Origin: Ignavibacteria bacterium
GTDB taxonomy: Bacteria > Bacteroidota > Ignavibacteria > Kapaibacteriales > Kapaibacteriaceae
Length of the DNA: 64,000 nucleotides
NCBI GenBank assembly: GCA_016191145.1
Contig: JACPPD010000015.1
Span: 7,291-71,290, forward strand
Direction of reading: 5' to 3'
The notes beneath the pieces were generated by a model that was not told the origin of the DNA, searched no databases, and saw only the letters and a list, made by a program, of their open reading frames with translations. Shown here piece after piece: positions 1 through 9,480 of the stretch (positions are counted from its first letter, which is position 1; each line of letters opens with the position of its first letter). The position numbers and the translations under genes were made by a program.

Positions 1-590
1 ACAACGCCTTCTTCACTGATCGTCATTCCATCCGGGCCTTCAACGATTTCCCATACAACCTTTCCACCATCAAAATTTTTATAAAGTTTCGCACGGTAGG
101 TATAGGGTTGTCCGGCGCTACCAACATTCGATGGTTGTGAGGCAATAGAGATCTTCGGCTCCGAAGGGTCTTCGACAACAACCACGCGGATTACCGAACG
201 CGGACTTTCACCATCTGCGTTTACGGCCTTTACAAAAAATGTATAAGTCCCTGGTTGCAAATTTTCGACTGCATACCAAAAAACAGTATTGTTAGGGGGC
301 ATGTTAGGCGTTACCTCTACACTGCCGATTTTCGAAAACAGTGTTTCGTCCTCGGTCTCGCCTTCTGCCATGTATACGTCGAACGACGTTGGCAGGTCAC
401 CATCGCGATTTGCAAGCCATGTAAGCTTGACAGTTACGCCACTAACACCCGGTGTTGAGTTATCAACTATTCTGGCGCCAAACTCAATTGGCTTTGCAGG
501 TGCTGCTGCTTGGACCGTAACAGATGTTATGGCAAGAGCAAATAAGGCTAGTGCGGAACGCAACAAAGCGGTTACCGTTCGCATTTGCAT
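1..590 (-). CDS. Secreted fibronectin-III/Ig-like domain protein (partial, runs off window start)
   Basis: Manual translation from ATG at 590 (AGGAGA upstream): signal peptide, then FN3-like motifs VKLTW and LQPGTYTFFVKAVN, then Ig-like GQPYTY...GPDGMTI. Not in the ORF track because it is truncated. Confidence 0.75.
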   Translation of the reverse strand, partial: MQMRTVTALLRSALALFALAITSVTVQAAAPAKPIEFGARIVDNSTPGVSGVTVKLTWLANRDGDLPTSFDVYMAEGETEDETLFSKIGSVEVTPNMPPNNTVFWYAVENLQPGTYTFFVKAVNADGESPRSVIRVVVVEDPSEPKISIASQPSNVGSAGQPYTYRAKLYKNFDGGKVVWEIVEGPDGMTISEEGV

Positions 591-667
591 TCTCCTAAAG
601 TCTGTGAAATAATAGAACCATTGAATCAACTGGTTCCAAAATACCTCAACGTCTGATTGCGTTACAG

Positions 668-1231
668 CTATATGGTCAGGCGTATTGTGCCTAATATTTG
701 CTCTTGTTTAACGGGTACAGAACCATCCTTGTTTGCTATAAGGTAGAGTGTTATGACAACCTCTCTCGGCTTTCCGGGTTCTGGTGCCGACTCGGCTATT
801 ACTATTGATGCAGTGTTGACGTTGAGATCGCAGTCGAACTCCTCGAGACCATTGCCGCGATCGTATGACATTTTCGCTTCCTGACCTGTAAGGTTGGAGA
901 AATAACCATCTCCCGGCACAGAATCGAGTTTAATTCGAAATGCCTGAATTAGGGGAGGCGTTGAATCAGCTACGGTACCCATTGCAAACGCAATCCAAAA
1001 TCGCATCGGCGACACTGTGGTGTCTACCAGAAACGTTGGCTGGTTCACAAAAACATACTCACTCTCAAAGGTCTTGAAATCAACTTCTACCGATCGGGGT
1101 GTAACCTTGGGAGCGGGTTCCAGCGGTGTTACCTTCCTTGGGCTATCGATATCCAGAGGGGAGGTGCAACTGCTGGAAATCAGTGCAACGGCAACCGAAC
1201 AGAAGAGGAAGATGGAAACTGTGTTATTCAT
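668..1231 (-). CDS. Hypothetical lipoprotein
   Basis: Hydrophobic N-terminus ending ISSSC (lipobox-like); co-oriented with the sigma/anti-sigma pair. Confidence 0.7.
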   Translation of the reverse strand: MNNTVSIFLFCSVAVALISSSCTSPLDIDSPRKVTPLEPAPKVTPRSVEVDFKTFESEYVFVNQPTFLVDTTVSPMRFWIAFAMGTVADSTPPLIQAFRIKLDSVPGDGYFSNLTGQEAKMSYDRGNGLEEFDCDLNVNTASIVIAESAPEPGKPREVVITLYLIANKDGSVPVKQEQILGTIRLTI

Positions 1232-1252
1232 TGCAAACTCACGTGAAAGTCA

Positions 1253-2488
1253 TTAGAATCTGATTGTCATTCCATAGGTCAAACCGTACTTCGGCGACGC
1301 ATACCACTGAGTATCGAAGCGATAGGCGAGAACTGCTGCTTCTGCTCCAAGGATAAATGAAAACGGTCCTGCAGGGGAGTATTCAAAACCAACAATGGCA
1401 CGCCCAAGAGGTCCCAATTTTGTGCCCCCTCCAAACACCTGCGTAAAAGGAGCTATAGGTAGGCTTCGGAATCCTTCAAACGTATACCGGTACGAAACAC
1501 CTGCCCATAACAAAGATGAAGATTGGTCCCATTGCTTCAACTGGTCGTTTTGTTCACCCCTGTAGACCAGCGGGAATGTCTCGCTTCCAAATTCAAGGCC
1601 CAGCATGTGAACCCTGTTAAGCCTATAAAAGGCTCCAACACTGATGTTACTGTACCAGTTGCTTTCTGGTGGTACGGCTGACTCAGTGGTGGGCTTCAAA
1701 GAAAAACCGCGGATTTGGAGTAAGGGGGCAGGGTATGCTGTAAGGTCTGAACCAACCTGCAATTCCGACTGCTTAATCATACGTTGGTCCTGCTTCCGCG
1801 AAATGGCGAACTCATTGCGAACAATCACATTTTGCAAAGGCGGTTCAGGAGCCTCGTGGAGTTGATCAAAGACTGGCTCTGGTGGAACTTCTTCGGATTC
1901 AGAATTAAGCTTTGCAAGTTCACTTCTCAACGCATCATTTTCATTTTGCAACGTGGCAATTCGACCCTGCAGATCTCTCTGCCTTGGTTCATTCCTCTGA
2001 ACTGGAGTAGAGTTATCAATGGTTGCTCCATTTACTGGATTAGCACTTAGCGAGGCATTAGCTGAGGTTTGTATGGCCTTATCACCGAATGCGACTACGG
2101 GTGAGCGTGCAGGTATGCTAGTAGTTGCCACATAGGTTATACCCGTAGCAGCCAACGCAGACAGCAAAGGAAGCCCAAGCTTTGAGAGCCAGGCAAGTAT
2201 GAGGCTGCCGCCTGCAGCACCTGCGGCGGCACCCGCCAGCGGCGCGGCAAAGCCTAGATGCGTGAATACCGAATTGGTAAGTTGGGCAGGAGGGATCAAG
2301 GCCATCCTGTCGTGCTGAACTGCAGACTTCACAGCTAGCTGGTTGCGCAGCTCAGTGCGTAGATCCGGGTTCACCGCAAGCTCGGCATAAAGACCCGATT
2401 CGAGCATCTGGTCCAGATCACCGTCGAGCAGTTCGTTTATTTGTTCAATGCGAGTCAACATCATCAACCTTTCTGGGAGCAGGTACAA
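1253..2488 (-). CDS. Anti-sigma factor with TM segment and C-terminal outer-membrane beta-barrel-like domain
   Basis: Directly downstream of ECF sigma; N-terminal INELLDGDL anti-sigma-like motif, hydrophobic segment, low-complexity linker, alternating beta-strands ending in F. Confidence 0.65.
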   Translation of the reverse strand: MYLLPERLMMLTRIEQINELLDGDLDQMLESGLYAELAVNPDLRTELRNQLAVKSAVQHDRMALIPPAQLTNSVFTHLGFAAPLAGAAAGAAGGSLILAWLSKLGLPLLSALAATGITYVATTSIPARSPVVAFGDKAIQTSANASLSANPVNGATIDNSTPVQRNEPRQRDLQGRIATLQNENDALRSELAKLNSESEEVPPEPVFDQLHEAPEPPLQNVIVRNEFAISRKQDQRMIKQSELQVGSDLTAYPAPLLQIRGFSLKPTTESAVPPESNWYSNISVGAFYRLNRVHMLGLEFGSETFPLVYRGEQNDQLKQWDQSSSLLWAGVSYRYTFEGFRSLPIAPFTQVFGGGTKLGPLGRAIVGFEYSPAGPFSFILGAEAAVLAYRFDTQWYASPKYGLTYGMTIRF

Positions 2489-2494
2489 GCCCCC

Positions 2495-3058
2495 TCACTG
2501 CGAATTCAATTCATTCAGATAGGGCTCCAGGATTTCCTTAATGCGCTGCCGTGCGCGGAAAACCCTCACCTTTGCTGTTTCAACCTTGATATTGAGAAGT
2601 ACAGTTATTTCGCTGTACGGAAGTCCCTGGTATTCCCTGAGGACAAACGCTTCGCGCATATCATGGGGCAGCAATTCAATTGCCATGGCAATGAGCTTTA
2701 ACATTTCATTGCGCTCGGCTTCTCGGCTCAACCCGGGATTGTACAGCATATCATCAAATTCAACCATCTGCGCCTGTACTCTCTTTTTCTCGTTCAGACA
2801 CAGGTTGCGAGAGATGGTGAGGATATAGCCCTTTACATTGTCAATCGTGACGTGCCGCTCTGCTCTTTGGAAGAACCGCATGAACGTATCCTGGAAAATG
2901 TCATGGGCCTTTTCGCGGTCGGCCATCACGCGCAGACAGTAGGCGTAAATGATATGAGCGTATCGGGTATAGAGTTCTGCAAATGCAGTTTCACTCTCGT
3001 CGGTATGCAACAATGCATAGAGCTCGCCATCGCTATATTCACTTAGCTGCCTATCCAT
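2495..3058 (-). CDS. ECF RNA polymerase sigma-70 factor
   Basis: Region 2 (AHDIFQDTFMRF, ISRNLCLN) and region 4 (REAFVLREYQGLPYSEI...TAKVRVFRAR) motifs. Confidence 0.95.
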   Translation of the reverse strand: MDRQLSEYSDGELYALLHTDESETAFAELYTRYAHIIYAYCLRVMADREKAHDIFQDTFMRFFQRAERHVTIDNVKGYILTISRNLCLNEKKRVQAQMVEFDDMLYNPGLSREAERNEMLKLIAMAIELLPHDMREAFVLREYQGLPYSEITVLLNIKVETAKVRVFRARQRIKEILEPYLNELNSQ

Positions 3059-3107
3059 CCCGACGTTTACTAACAGTAATTGGGTGAATTAGTTACGTGT
3101 TTCTGAC

Positions 3108-3128
3108 GTGCCAGGTGCCAGGTGTCAA
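3108..3128. repeat. Short intergenic heptamer tandem repeat (GTGCCAG)n
   Basis: gtgccag-gtgccag-gtgtcaa; related copies at ~5126-5176 and ~52195-52215. Confidence 0.5.
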
Positions 3129-3135
3129 GGCATGG

Positions 3136-3567
3136 TTATGTATTGCGGGTTTCCAGCAGCGAGTCGAACGCAGAAGTAAGGGCACTAGCAATCATTTCAG
3201 CAGTACGTCCTTCGATGTTATGGCGGGGCATGAAGGCTACAAGTTCGCCGTCGCGAAGAATTGCAAGTGAAGGCGAGGATGGCGGTACGCCTGTGAAATA
3301 GGAGCGCATGCGTTCAGTGGCCTCGAGATCCTGGCCGGCAAAAACGGTTACGATGTGGTCTGGTACAACTTCGTGTTTGAGAGCCAGAGCAATTGCTGGT
3401 CGTGCGGCGCCGGCAGCGCATCCACATACGGAGTTAACAACAACCATTGTTGTTCCTTCGGCCTTGACCGCGGCGTCAACTTCATCAGCAGTGAGTAATT
3501 CGCGTATACCTAAACTCGTAAGCTCCTCACGCATTGGCTTTACATACATTGGATCGTATGGCATCAC
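3136..3567 (-). CDS. BrxA/BrxB family bacilliredoxin
   Basis: VVNSVCGCAAGAARP (CGC) motif, TVFAGQD, PPSSPS. Confidence 0.93.
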   Translation of the reverse strand: MMPYDPMYVKPMREELTSLGIRELLTADEVDAAVKAEGTTMVVVNSVCGCAAGAARPAIALALKHEVVPDHIVTVFAGQDLEATERMRSYFTGVPPSSPSLAILRDGELVAFMPRHNIEGRTAEMIASALTSAFDSLLETRNT

Positions 3568-5024
3568 TGGTTCCTTCCAAGCATTTCCTTTAAATACTCC
3601 ATTCCCAACGGTCCTGCAACAGCCGGGAACTCCCGTTCGAACTCTTCCTTCTTTTTCACGTCGAGCTCGAAAGCGCTACGAAGATAAGGAATGGCGGTAA
3701 GGGGCTGTCCAGCCGCACAAAGTGCCTTTGCAGTTGAATAGTACCCTTCCGACCATTCAGGAGCCAGACGAAGCGTTTCGGCAAAAGCCTGCAACGCTTC
3801 GAGCATATCGCCGTTTTCCAGCAACGTCGATCCATAATCGAACCAGCACTCGGCGTCGGCTGGCTGAAGCGCAATAGCTCGTTTGTAACTTTCTATAGCA
3901 TCACGGAATGAACCGAGATTGTAAAGTGCATCAGCCTTTGCATACCAAACGTCGGCAAGCGAATGATCGATGCTGAGAGCTGCGTCGTAGTCCTTTACCG
4001 CAAGATCAAATTTCTCCAGAGCATCGTAACACGTGCCCCTGCCAAACAATGAGGTTGAATGATTAGGTTCGAGAACAAGCGCCTTGGTGAACATTTCAAT
4101 GGCCTCATCGAGCTCACCTTGTTCTTCGAGTGACGATGCAAGGTTGTGTACAACAGGAACATCGGAGGGTGCTATGCGATGAGCTTCTCTGTATGCGTCG
4201 ATTGATTCCCTGATTCTGCCCAGCGTAGCGTGAGTGTTGCCGAGGTTATACCAGGCATTAACGAAATCGGGCTTGATGACGGTTGACAATTCATAACAGT
4301 CAATAGCTTGTCTGTGTGCCCCCTTCCTTCCTAAAATCACGCCTTTGTTAAACCACGCATTGCTATCGTAAGGGTCTGCGTTAATGATCTTGTCGTACAG
4401 TGAAATTGCTTCGTCGAACTCATCGATGTTTTCGTGGCAATAAGCGAGTTCAAAGAGTGCGTCGCGAGTAAAATTTTCCTGACGCATCAGATAACGGAAG
4501 AGGCGGATGGCTTCTTCATATCTGCCGCGTTTTTCGAGAATCATAGCCTTGGTGAAGAGAGCATCCGGATTTTCAGGTTCAGTTTCGAGAGCGCGCTCAA
4601 CGGTTTCGGTGGCTTCATCGAGGCGCCCCACCTGTTCCAATGCTATTCCTCGATTCACTAAAATTTCAATTTCAAAGGGGTCGAGCTCCGATGCTCGTTC
4701 GTATGACGACAAGGCTTCGGCCCATCGACCAAGCGAACTCAAAGCAATACCAAATTTGTGCCATGCATCTGCAGAATAGGGGGCAGTCTCACGCCACATC
4801 CGGGCAAACGTGAGCGCATCTTCAAACTTTTGTGTTTCCAGGCAAAAGATTACAATGTTTTCCAATGATTCCGGCGAGGGAAGCCCGTTTTGCCAGTTAC
4901 CGCTTTGATGCGACTCACGGTATTGCTGGAGTGTCTCGTCTAGTCCTTTTCTATCGGGCTCTTCTACGCCATCGTCGTCGTTAAAAAATTCAAGCATGAT
5001 GCTCTCCGCTAAAATGTGGTGCAT
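3564..5024 (-). CDS. Tetratricopeptide repeat protein
   Basis: About ten 34-aa TPR units (AWFNKG, AWYNLG, VWYAKA). Confidence 0.92.
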   Translation of the reverse strand: MHHILAESIMLEFFNDDDGVEEPDRKGLDETLQQYRESHQSGNWQNGLPSPESLENIVIFCLETQKFEDALTFARMWRETAPYSADAWHKFGIALSSLGRWAEALSSYERASELDPFEIEILVNRGIALEQVGRLDEATETVERALETEPENPDALFTKAMILEKRGRYEEAIRLFRYLMRQENFTRDALFELAYCHENIDEFDEAISLYDKIINADPYDSNAWFNKGVILGRKGAHRQAIDCYELSTVIKPDFVNAWYNLGNTHATLGRIRESIDAYREAHRIAPSDVPVVHNLASSLEEQGELDEAIEMFTKALVLEPNHSTSLFGRGTCYDALEKFDLAVKDYDAALSIDHSLADVWYAKADALYNLGSFRDAIESYKRAIALQPADAECWFDYGSTLLENGDMLEALQAFAETLRLAPEWSEGYYSTAKALCAAGQPLTAIPYLRSAFELDVKKKEEFEREFPAVAGPLGMEYLKEMLGRNQ

Positions 5025-5241
5025 CGCCTACAGCCACATGCAATGTACTCTATGAAAGGGTCAACACCAATGATTTTCAAAAAATCCATCGGCAGACCTT
5101 TCCCCAACAACGTAGGATTCTGAGTTGCCACTTCTCGGCAGGTGCCACTTCTCGGCAAGTGCCAGATGCCAGGTGACGATAATCGTTCCATGAAAATGCA
5201 AAATGGCAACGATTACCATGTTAGATTGTTATATAAACGAA

Positions 5242-7500
5242 ATGCGTCGGGTTACTCTTATCGTTTTATTTTTTTCAGCGACCGTGGTACAGGTTGTAGC
5301 ACAGCGGGAGTACGACACATGGTATTTCGGGATAAGAGCCGGAATACAGTTCGGGAGTGGGGTTCCGGTAGGTATTCTTGGTCCCATCAACACGGAAGAG
5401 GGTACGTCGGTGTGGTGCGATCCATTGAGCGGAGCACCCATCCTTAGTACCGATGGTAGCATTGTTTACGATGGTACAGGATCTGTGCTCAATAACGGTA
5501 CGGGTCTGCGTGGTGGTTTCTCAAGTACAAACAGCGCACTGATTGTTCCTGATCCTGGTAATTCGGATCGCTATTATATTTTTTGCGCCGGAGATCTTTC
5601 GAGGTCGGGTATACCAGACTCCGTTTTTACAGTCAACATCGTCGATATGAGTGGTCCTGGTATCGGTACTGTCGTTAGTAAAAACAACATCCTTGCTTAT
5701 GGTACTGCAGAAAAAATTGCAGGCACGGTTCATTGCAATGGGGAATCGTGGTGGGTTGTAGCGCACGACACTGCTACACCAAGGTTTTATGTGTTCCTGG
5801 TTACTGCATCAAGCATTCAGGGACCAACCATTTATGATGTCGGAGAACAGTATACGAAGTCCCCAGGGAAGCCGGGCGGTTACTATGGAATGGGATCGCT
5901 GAAATTCAGTGCCTCCGGACGTCTCCTTGCCATGGCAAGTCCCTCCGGACAGATGTGCGAAATTTTCGACTTCGACATATTTAGCGGCGTTATTAGCAAT
6001 CCTCGAAGAGTCGACTCTGCAGATTTATTCTATGGGTTATCGTTCTCACCAAACGAAAGGTTCTTGTATTCAGTTTGCTGGAATGCATCGGCAGACATCC
6101 AATCTCCAATCTATCAGTATGACTTACTAAATTCTTTTAGTAAATATCGCGTTGGTTCATTGTCTGTAAAAAAGGACCGCGACAACGGAGGCATTCAGCG
6201 AGGACCCGATGGCAAGATTTACTTGGTTAACGGTGAGAACATGCGTGCAATAGATTCACCCAACCTAGCAGGAAGTGCTTGTGCCTTTGGCCGGCGAATC
6301 CCGCTGCTTGCAGGAACATCCAGTGCTATTGGTTTGCCGACAATAATGGACTGTGTTTTAGATAACAGCAGCATTGACTTTTGTGTACCTCCAATCTCGG
6401 CAATGAAAAATCCAACGGTCGCCTGTGTCGGCTCGTGTCTTACGTTCACCGATGCATCGCAACGTAAACCAACTGAGTGGTATTGGGATTTTTTAGGCGG
6501 AATACCTTCGGCGTTCACTGGTAAGAATCCGCCGATGGTGTGCTACTCCACGGCAGGCATATATCGCGTCAGACTGATAACTGTCAATGCTTGGGGTGCT
6601 GACACAACGGTTTCGGATATTCAGATACTCGATGTTCCCACTGTAAATGCAGGTGCGGACATAATTCTTTGCGATTCCTCCTACGGCAAGCTGCGAGCAT
6701 CGGGTGCAATGCGTTATGAGTGGTCGCCCATCACAGGACTCAACAATCAGTTTAAACCCGATCCGATTGTAAGAGTATTTACTACCACGCAGTATGTGGT
6801 AAGGGGCTGGAACGACGGGGAATGTTACAATGATGACACCGTAATGGTATATGTTTTAGAGGCCCCTTATCCTACGGATCTCTTCAGCATAAATTCTGTG
6901 CGTGGTCTTGCAGGTTCAACTTCACAGTTAATCATCACCAAAACTCGTGTCGAGTATGTGACTAACGCTACATTCGCAATCACCATACCGCGTAAAATTT
7001 TCATTTCCGACAGTATAGTTAAAGGTTTTGTAATTAGTAGTAGCTTATTGCGGCCCGACTTTCAGACACTCACAATACAGGCAGATCTTTCTACTGATAC
7101 AGTAGTTATCATCAACGGTATTTTATTGCTTGATAATTCTCAGGAAGAAGTATTTGCACAAACGACAACAACTGACGAATGCGTGAACGTTAAGACAACA
7201 CCCGGAAGCATCAACAGCGAAGCGTGTGGGGCAAGCAAGCGCGTTATTATTGGCGGAAGCAACCCGTTGTCAGTCATCTCTGTCTCTGACCAAGGCAAGG
7301 CAATAACCATTTCCGGCGAGCCTAGATCATCGTACGAACTCACCGTATGGACTGCAACAGGGGAATTACTTGCTAGGTCTGCTGACGTTATTCGCGAACC
7401 GATCCAAACCGTTCTGTTTAGTCGGCATTTTCCGCAAATGCTGTTCATCGTTCTTAGAAGTGAATCCGTATCTACGATGGTATCGGTATTTAACGAGTAA
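5242..7500 (+). CDS. Secreted beta-propeller/PKD-domain protein
   Basis: Signal peptide from ATG 5242, WYFG motif, propeller-like repeats (GPDGKIY), PKD motif FTDAS...WYWDF. Confidence 0.8.
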   Translation: MRRVTLIVLFFSATVVQVVAQREYDTWYFGIRAGIQFGSGVPVGILGPINTEEGTSVWCDPLSGAPILSTDGSIVYDGTGSVLNNGTGLRGGFSSTNSALIVPDPGNSDRYYIFCAGDLSRSGIPDSVFTVNIVDMSGPGIGTVVSKNNILAYGTAEKIAGTVHCNGESWWVVAHDTATPRFYVFLVTASSIQGPTIYDVGEQYTKSPGKPGGYYGMGSLKFSASGRLLAMASPSGQMCEIFDFDIFSGVISNPRRVDSADLFYGLSFSPNERFLYSVCWNASADIQSPIYQYDLLNSFSKYRVGSLSVKKDRDNGGIQRGPDGKIYLVNGENMRAIDSPNLAGSACAFGRRIPLLAGTSSAIGLPTIMDCVLDNSSIDFCVPPISAMKNPTVACVGSCLTFTDASQRKPTEWYWDFLGGIPSAFTGKNPPMVCYSTAGIYRVRLITVNAWGADTTVSDIQILDVPTVNAGADIILCDSSYGKLRASGAMRYEWSPITGLNNQFKPDPIVRVFTTTQYVVRGWNDGECYNDDTVMVYVLEAPYPTDLFSINSVRGLAGSTSQLIITKTRVEYVTNATFAITIPRKIFISDSIVKGFVISSSLLRPDFQTLTIQADLSTDTVVIINGILLLDNSQEEVFAQTTTTDECVNVKTTPGSINSEACGASKRVIIGGSNPLSVISVSDQGKAITISGEPRSSYELTVWTATGELLARSADVIREPIQTVLFSRHFPQMLFIVLRSESVSTMVSVFNE

Positions 7501-7513
7501 AAATATTTATCTG

Positions 7514-7586
7514 AGCCGACGACCAGACTTGAACTGGTGACCTGCTGATTACAAATCAGCTGCTCTACCAACTGAGCTACATCGGC
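7514..7586 (-). tRNA. tRNA-Thr (anticodon TGT), CCA not encoded
   Basis: Minus strand GCCGATGTAGCTCAGTTGGTAGAGCAGCTGATTTGTAATCAGCAGGTCACCAGTTCAAGTCTGGTCGTCGGCT folds as a full cloverleaf. Confidence 0.97.
7543..7586. repeat. Left att core (44 bp; 5' half of tRNA-Thr through the anticodon arm)
   Basis: tgctgattacaaatcagctgctctaccaactgagctacatcggc, identical to 43462-43505. Confidence 0.96.
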
Positions 7587-7748
7587 ATCATCATCGTGTG
7601 CTGGATCAAGTGTTTTGCGTCATACCGTAACCTGTCTATTTGCATGGACTTAGAGGAACCCGTGAGCCTCCGTGTCTCCGAGCGCCAATCGTCAACGATG
7701 CCGCCTATGACACCAAACCGGCGATAGACCGACAATAGACACCCAATA

Positions 7749-7770
7749 AATGGCTGCAAAGTGGCTGTAA
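7749..7770. promoter_or_regulatory. Putative integrase arm-type binding sites (left)
   Basis: aatggctgcaaagtggctgtaa nearly identical to 43404-43424 at the other end. Confidence 0.65.
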
Positions 7771-7788
7771 TTTTTTGACGGCTTTTGT

Positions 7789-8961
7789 TCATGCTGACTT
7801 CCACATCTTCTCAATTTTCTGTCGCAGCTCATGCGGCTCGAGCTTGAGGTAGTGACGCTCAAGAACCGGCGCACTACAGCGGGCCAGACGCGAGGCTTCG
7901 AAAATACTGAGGTCCGTTCCGATGCGGCGCACGACGCGGGAAATATACGTCTTCTTGAATTCATGCCAGCTGCGGTTGTTGCGCTCGATGCCGGCCCTGT
8001 GCATCACCTCATAGAGCGTTCGCCGCAGGCGTGAGTCCGACGTGCTATGATAGCCTAGAATGGCGTCGTGAGGCTTCTGAACACCGTTTTCCTGGGCAAT
8101 ACGCGCAAGCAAGGCGATGTCGTCGCCGGTCAGAGGAATGTATTCCCATGTCCGTGCGTCCTTGCGTTCAACGCGAATGGTCATCGCCGTCGTATCGATG
8201 TCTTCGCGTTTGAGTGCCAGTGCCTCGTGTAACCTCAGCGGTGTTCGTGCCAGAACAGCAATGATGTGCCCGACTTTGACCTGCGATTTCGGTGCTGAGG
8301 GACGCCGGCAGATGGCCAGCATCGCCTCGATCTCTGTGTCGGTGTAGATCTGAACAGGCTTGCCAGGCCGATGGGGCATCATCTTGCGGATGGTGCTGGC
8401 GCGAGGAACGATCGGCATCAACCCTTCACGATTGGCCCAATTGCAGAACACCATGAACGTGCGCAGGTAGATGGCCACCGATTCGATGGTAATCGATCCG
8501 GTCGGCGTCTGGCATGTTCTGACCAATTCGGCCATTGCCAGCTCGGCCGTCGAGCACTGCACAGAGCCACGAACCACAACACGGTTCACCGGATCGTGGG
8601 CGTTACCATGGCAGATGACGGCCTGCCAGGCAAGCTTGTAGTTCCTCAGGCTGGCCCGTGAACGCCGAGCGCCATGGTCGGCAAGGAATCGCTCGAAGGC
8701 CTCAGCAAGGGTTATGGCCGCTGTCGTGTCGCGAACGACGCCACGAGCAATCTGCCAACGGCGTATGAGGTCTTCGAGCATGCGACGTGCCGACATCCAG
8801 CCATGCGGAGAGGCCACGATGCCGGTGGCAATGTCACGCGGGATGTTCAGGTCGCGGGCCACACGACGTGGCAGGCTGATATACAGGCGCTTGGACGTCT
8901 GCCGCTCATAGACCGAACCCATCGACGCCGAATGGCGGCGCGCTTTTGCCGAAGGTTTCAC
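7789..8961 (-). CDS. Tyrosine recombinase (integrase)
   Basis: Box I LARTPLRLHEALALKREDID, box II SWHEFKKTYIS...LERHY, SAM-like core-binding region; next to att. Confidence 0.9.
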   Translation of the reverse strand: MKPSAKARRHSASMGSVYERQTSKRLYISLPRRVARDLNIPRDIATGIVASPHGWMSARRMLEDLIRRWQIARGVVRDTTAAITLAEAFERFLADHGARRSRASLRNYKLAWQAVICHGNAHDPVNRVVVRGSVQCSTAELAMAELVRTCQTPTGSITIESVAIYLRTFMVFCNWANREGLMPIVPRASTIRKMMPHRPGKPVQIYTDTEIEAMLAICRRPSAPKSQVKVGHIIAVLARTPLRLHEALALKREDIDTTAMTIRVERKDARTWEYIPLTGDDIALLARIAQENGVQKPHDAILGYHSTSDSRLRRTLYEVMHRAGIERNNRSWHEFKKTYISRVVRRIGTDLSIFEASRLARCSAPVLERHYLKLEPHELRQKIEKMWKSA

Positions 8962-9314
8962 CGTAGCGTCTCCTCAGATGACACGTCGGGCGGCAGGTGC
9001 CATGGGCACGGCGCCTCAGCGCCGCAACAGAAATCATAGCCGTCGTTTGGCGCGTGTGACCACACACAGCCAAGGCCCGTGACGACCCAGCGGGAGTTGA
9101 TACCATGGCTCTCGAGCACCTGTAACACAGAGATCGACGGCAACGATTCGCCATTGATCCAACGGTATAGTGTTTTTGGATACTCGTCTAGCGCGTCAGC
9201 AGCCGCAAGCACCGTACCATACTTCATGAGAACCAGCCACCTCAAGCGCGCACCAACTTCCGAGTCGATTGTCTTAAGACGAAACATGGAGAATGACATC
9301 CCTATAGGATTCAT
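8958..9314 (-). CDS. XRE-family HTH repressor (start uncertain)
   Basis: GARLRWL...AAADALDEYPKTLYRWINGESLPS...INSRWVVTG HTH pattern; divergent from xis-like gene. Confidence 0.75.
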   Translation of the reverse strand: MNPIGMSFSMFRLKTIDSEVGARLRWLVLMKYGTVLAAADALDEYPKTLYRWINGESLPSISVLQVLESHGINSRWVVTGLGCVWSHAPNDGYDFCCGAEAPCPWHLPPDVSSEETLR

Positions 9315-9340
9315 GTGGATAACTTTTAATTGTGGCAGTA

Positions 9341-9372
9341 TTGACAATGACGCTGTTGTCACACTACGTTTG
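9341..9372 (+). promoter_or_regulatory. Putative early promoter with overlapping palindromic operator
   Basis: TTG at 9341 and TACGTTTG (TAnnTTTG) at 9365-9372; inverted repeat TGACAA-N8-TTGTCA at 9342-9361. Confidence 0.55.
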
Positions 9373-9480
9373 TACCGAGTTGCGGAGTTAACCGGCAATA
9401 GAGTGTCAGTAATGCCACGCACAGATAGCCGGCAAACTACGAGGATTGAGAGCAACCAAAAACACGGGATTCTACGCAAT

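Noticed and set aside
7140-7571. Minus-strand 143-aa ORF
   Set aside because: Antisense to the PKD gene and starts within the tRNA; shadow ORF
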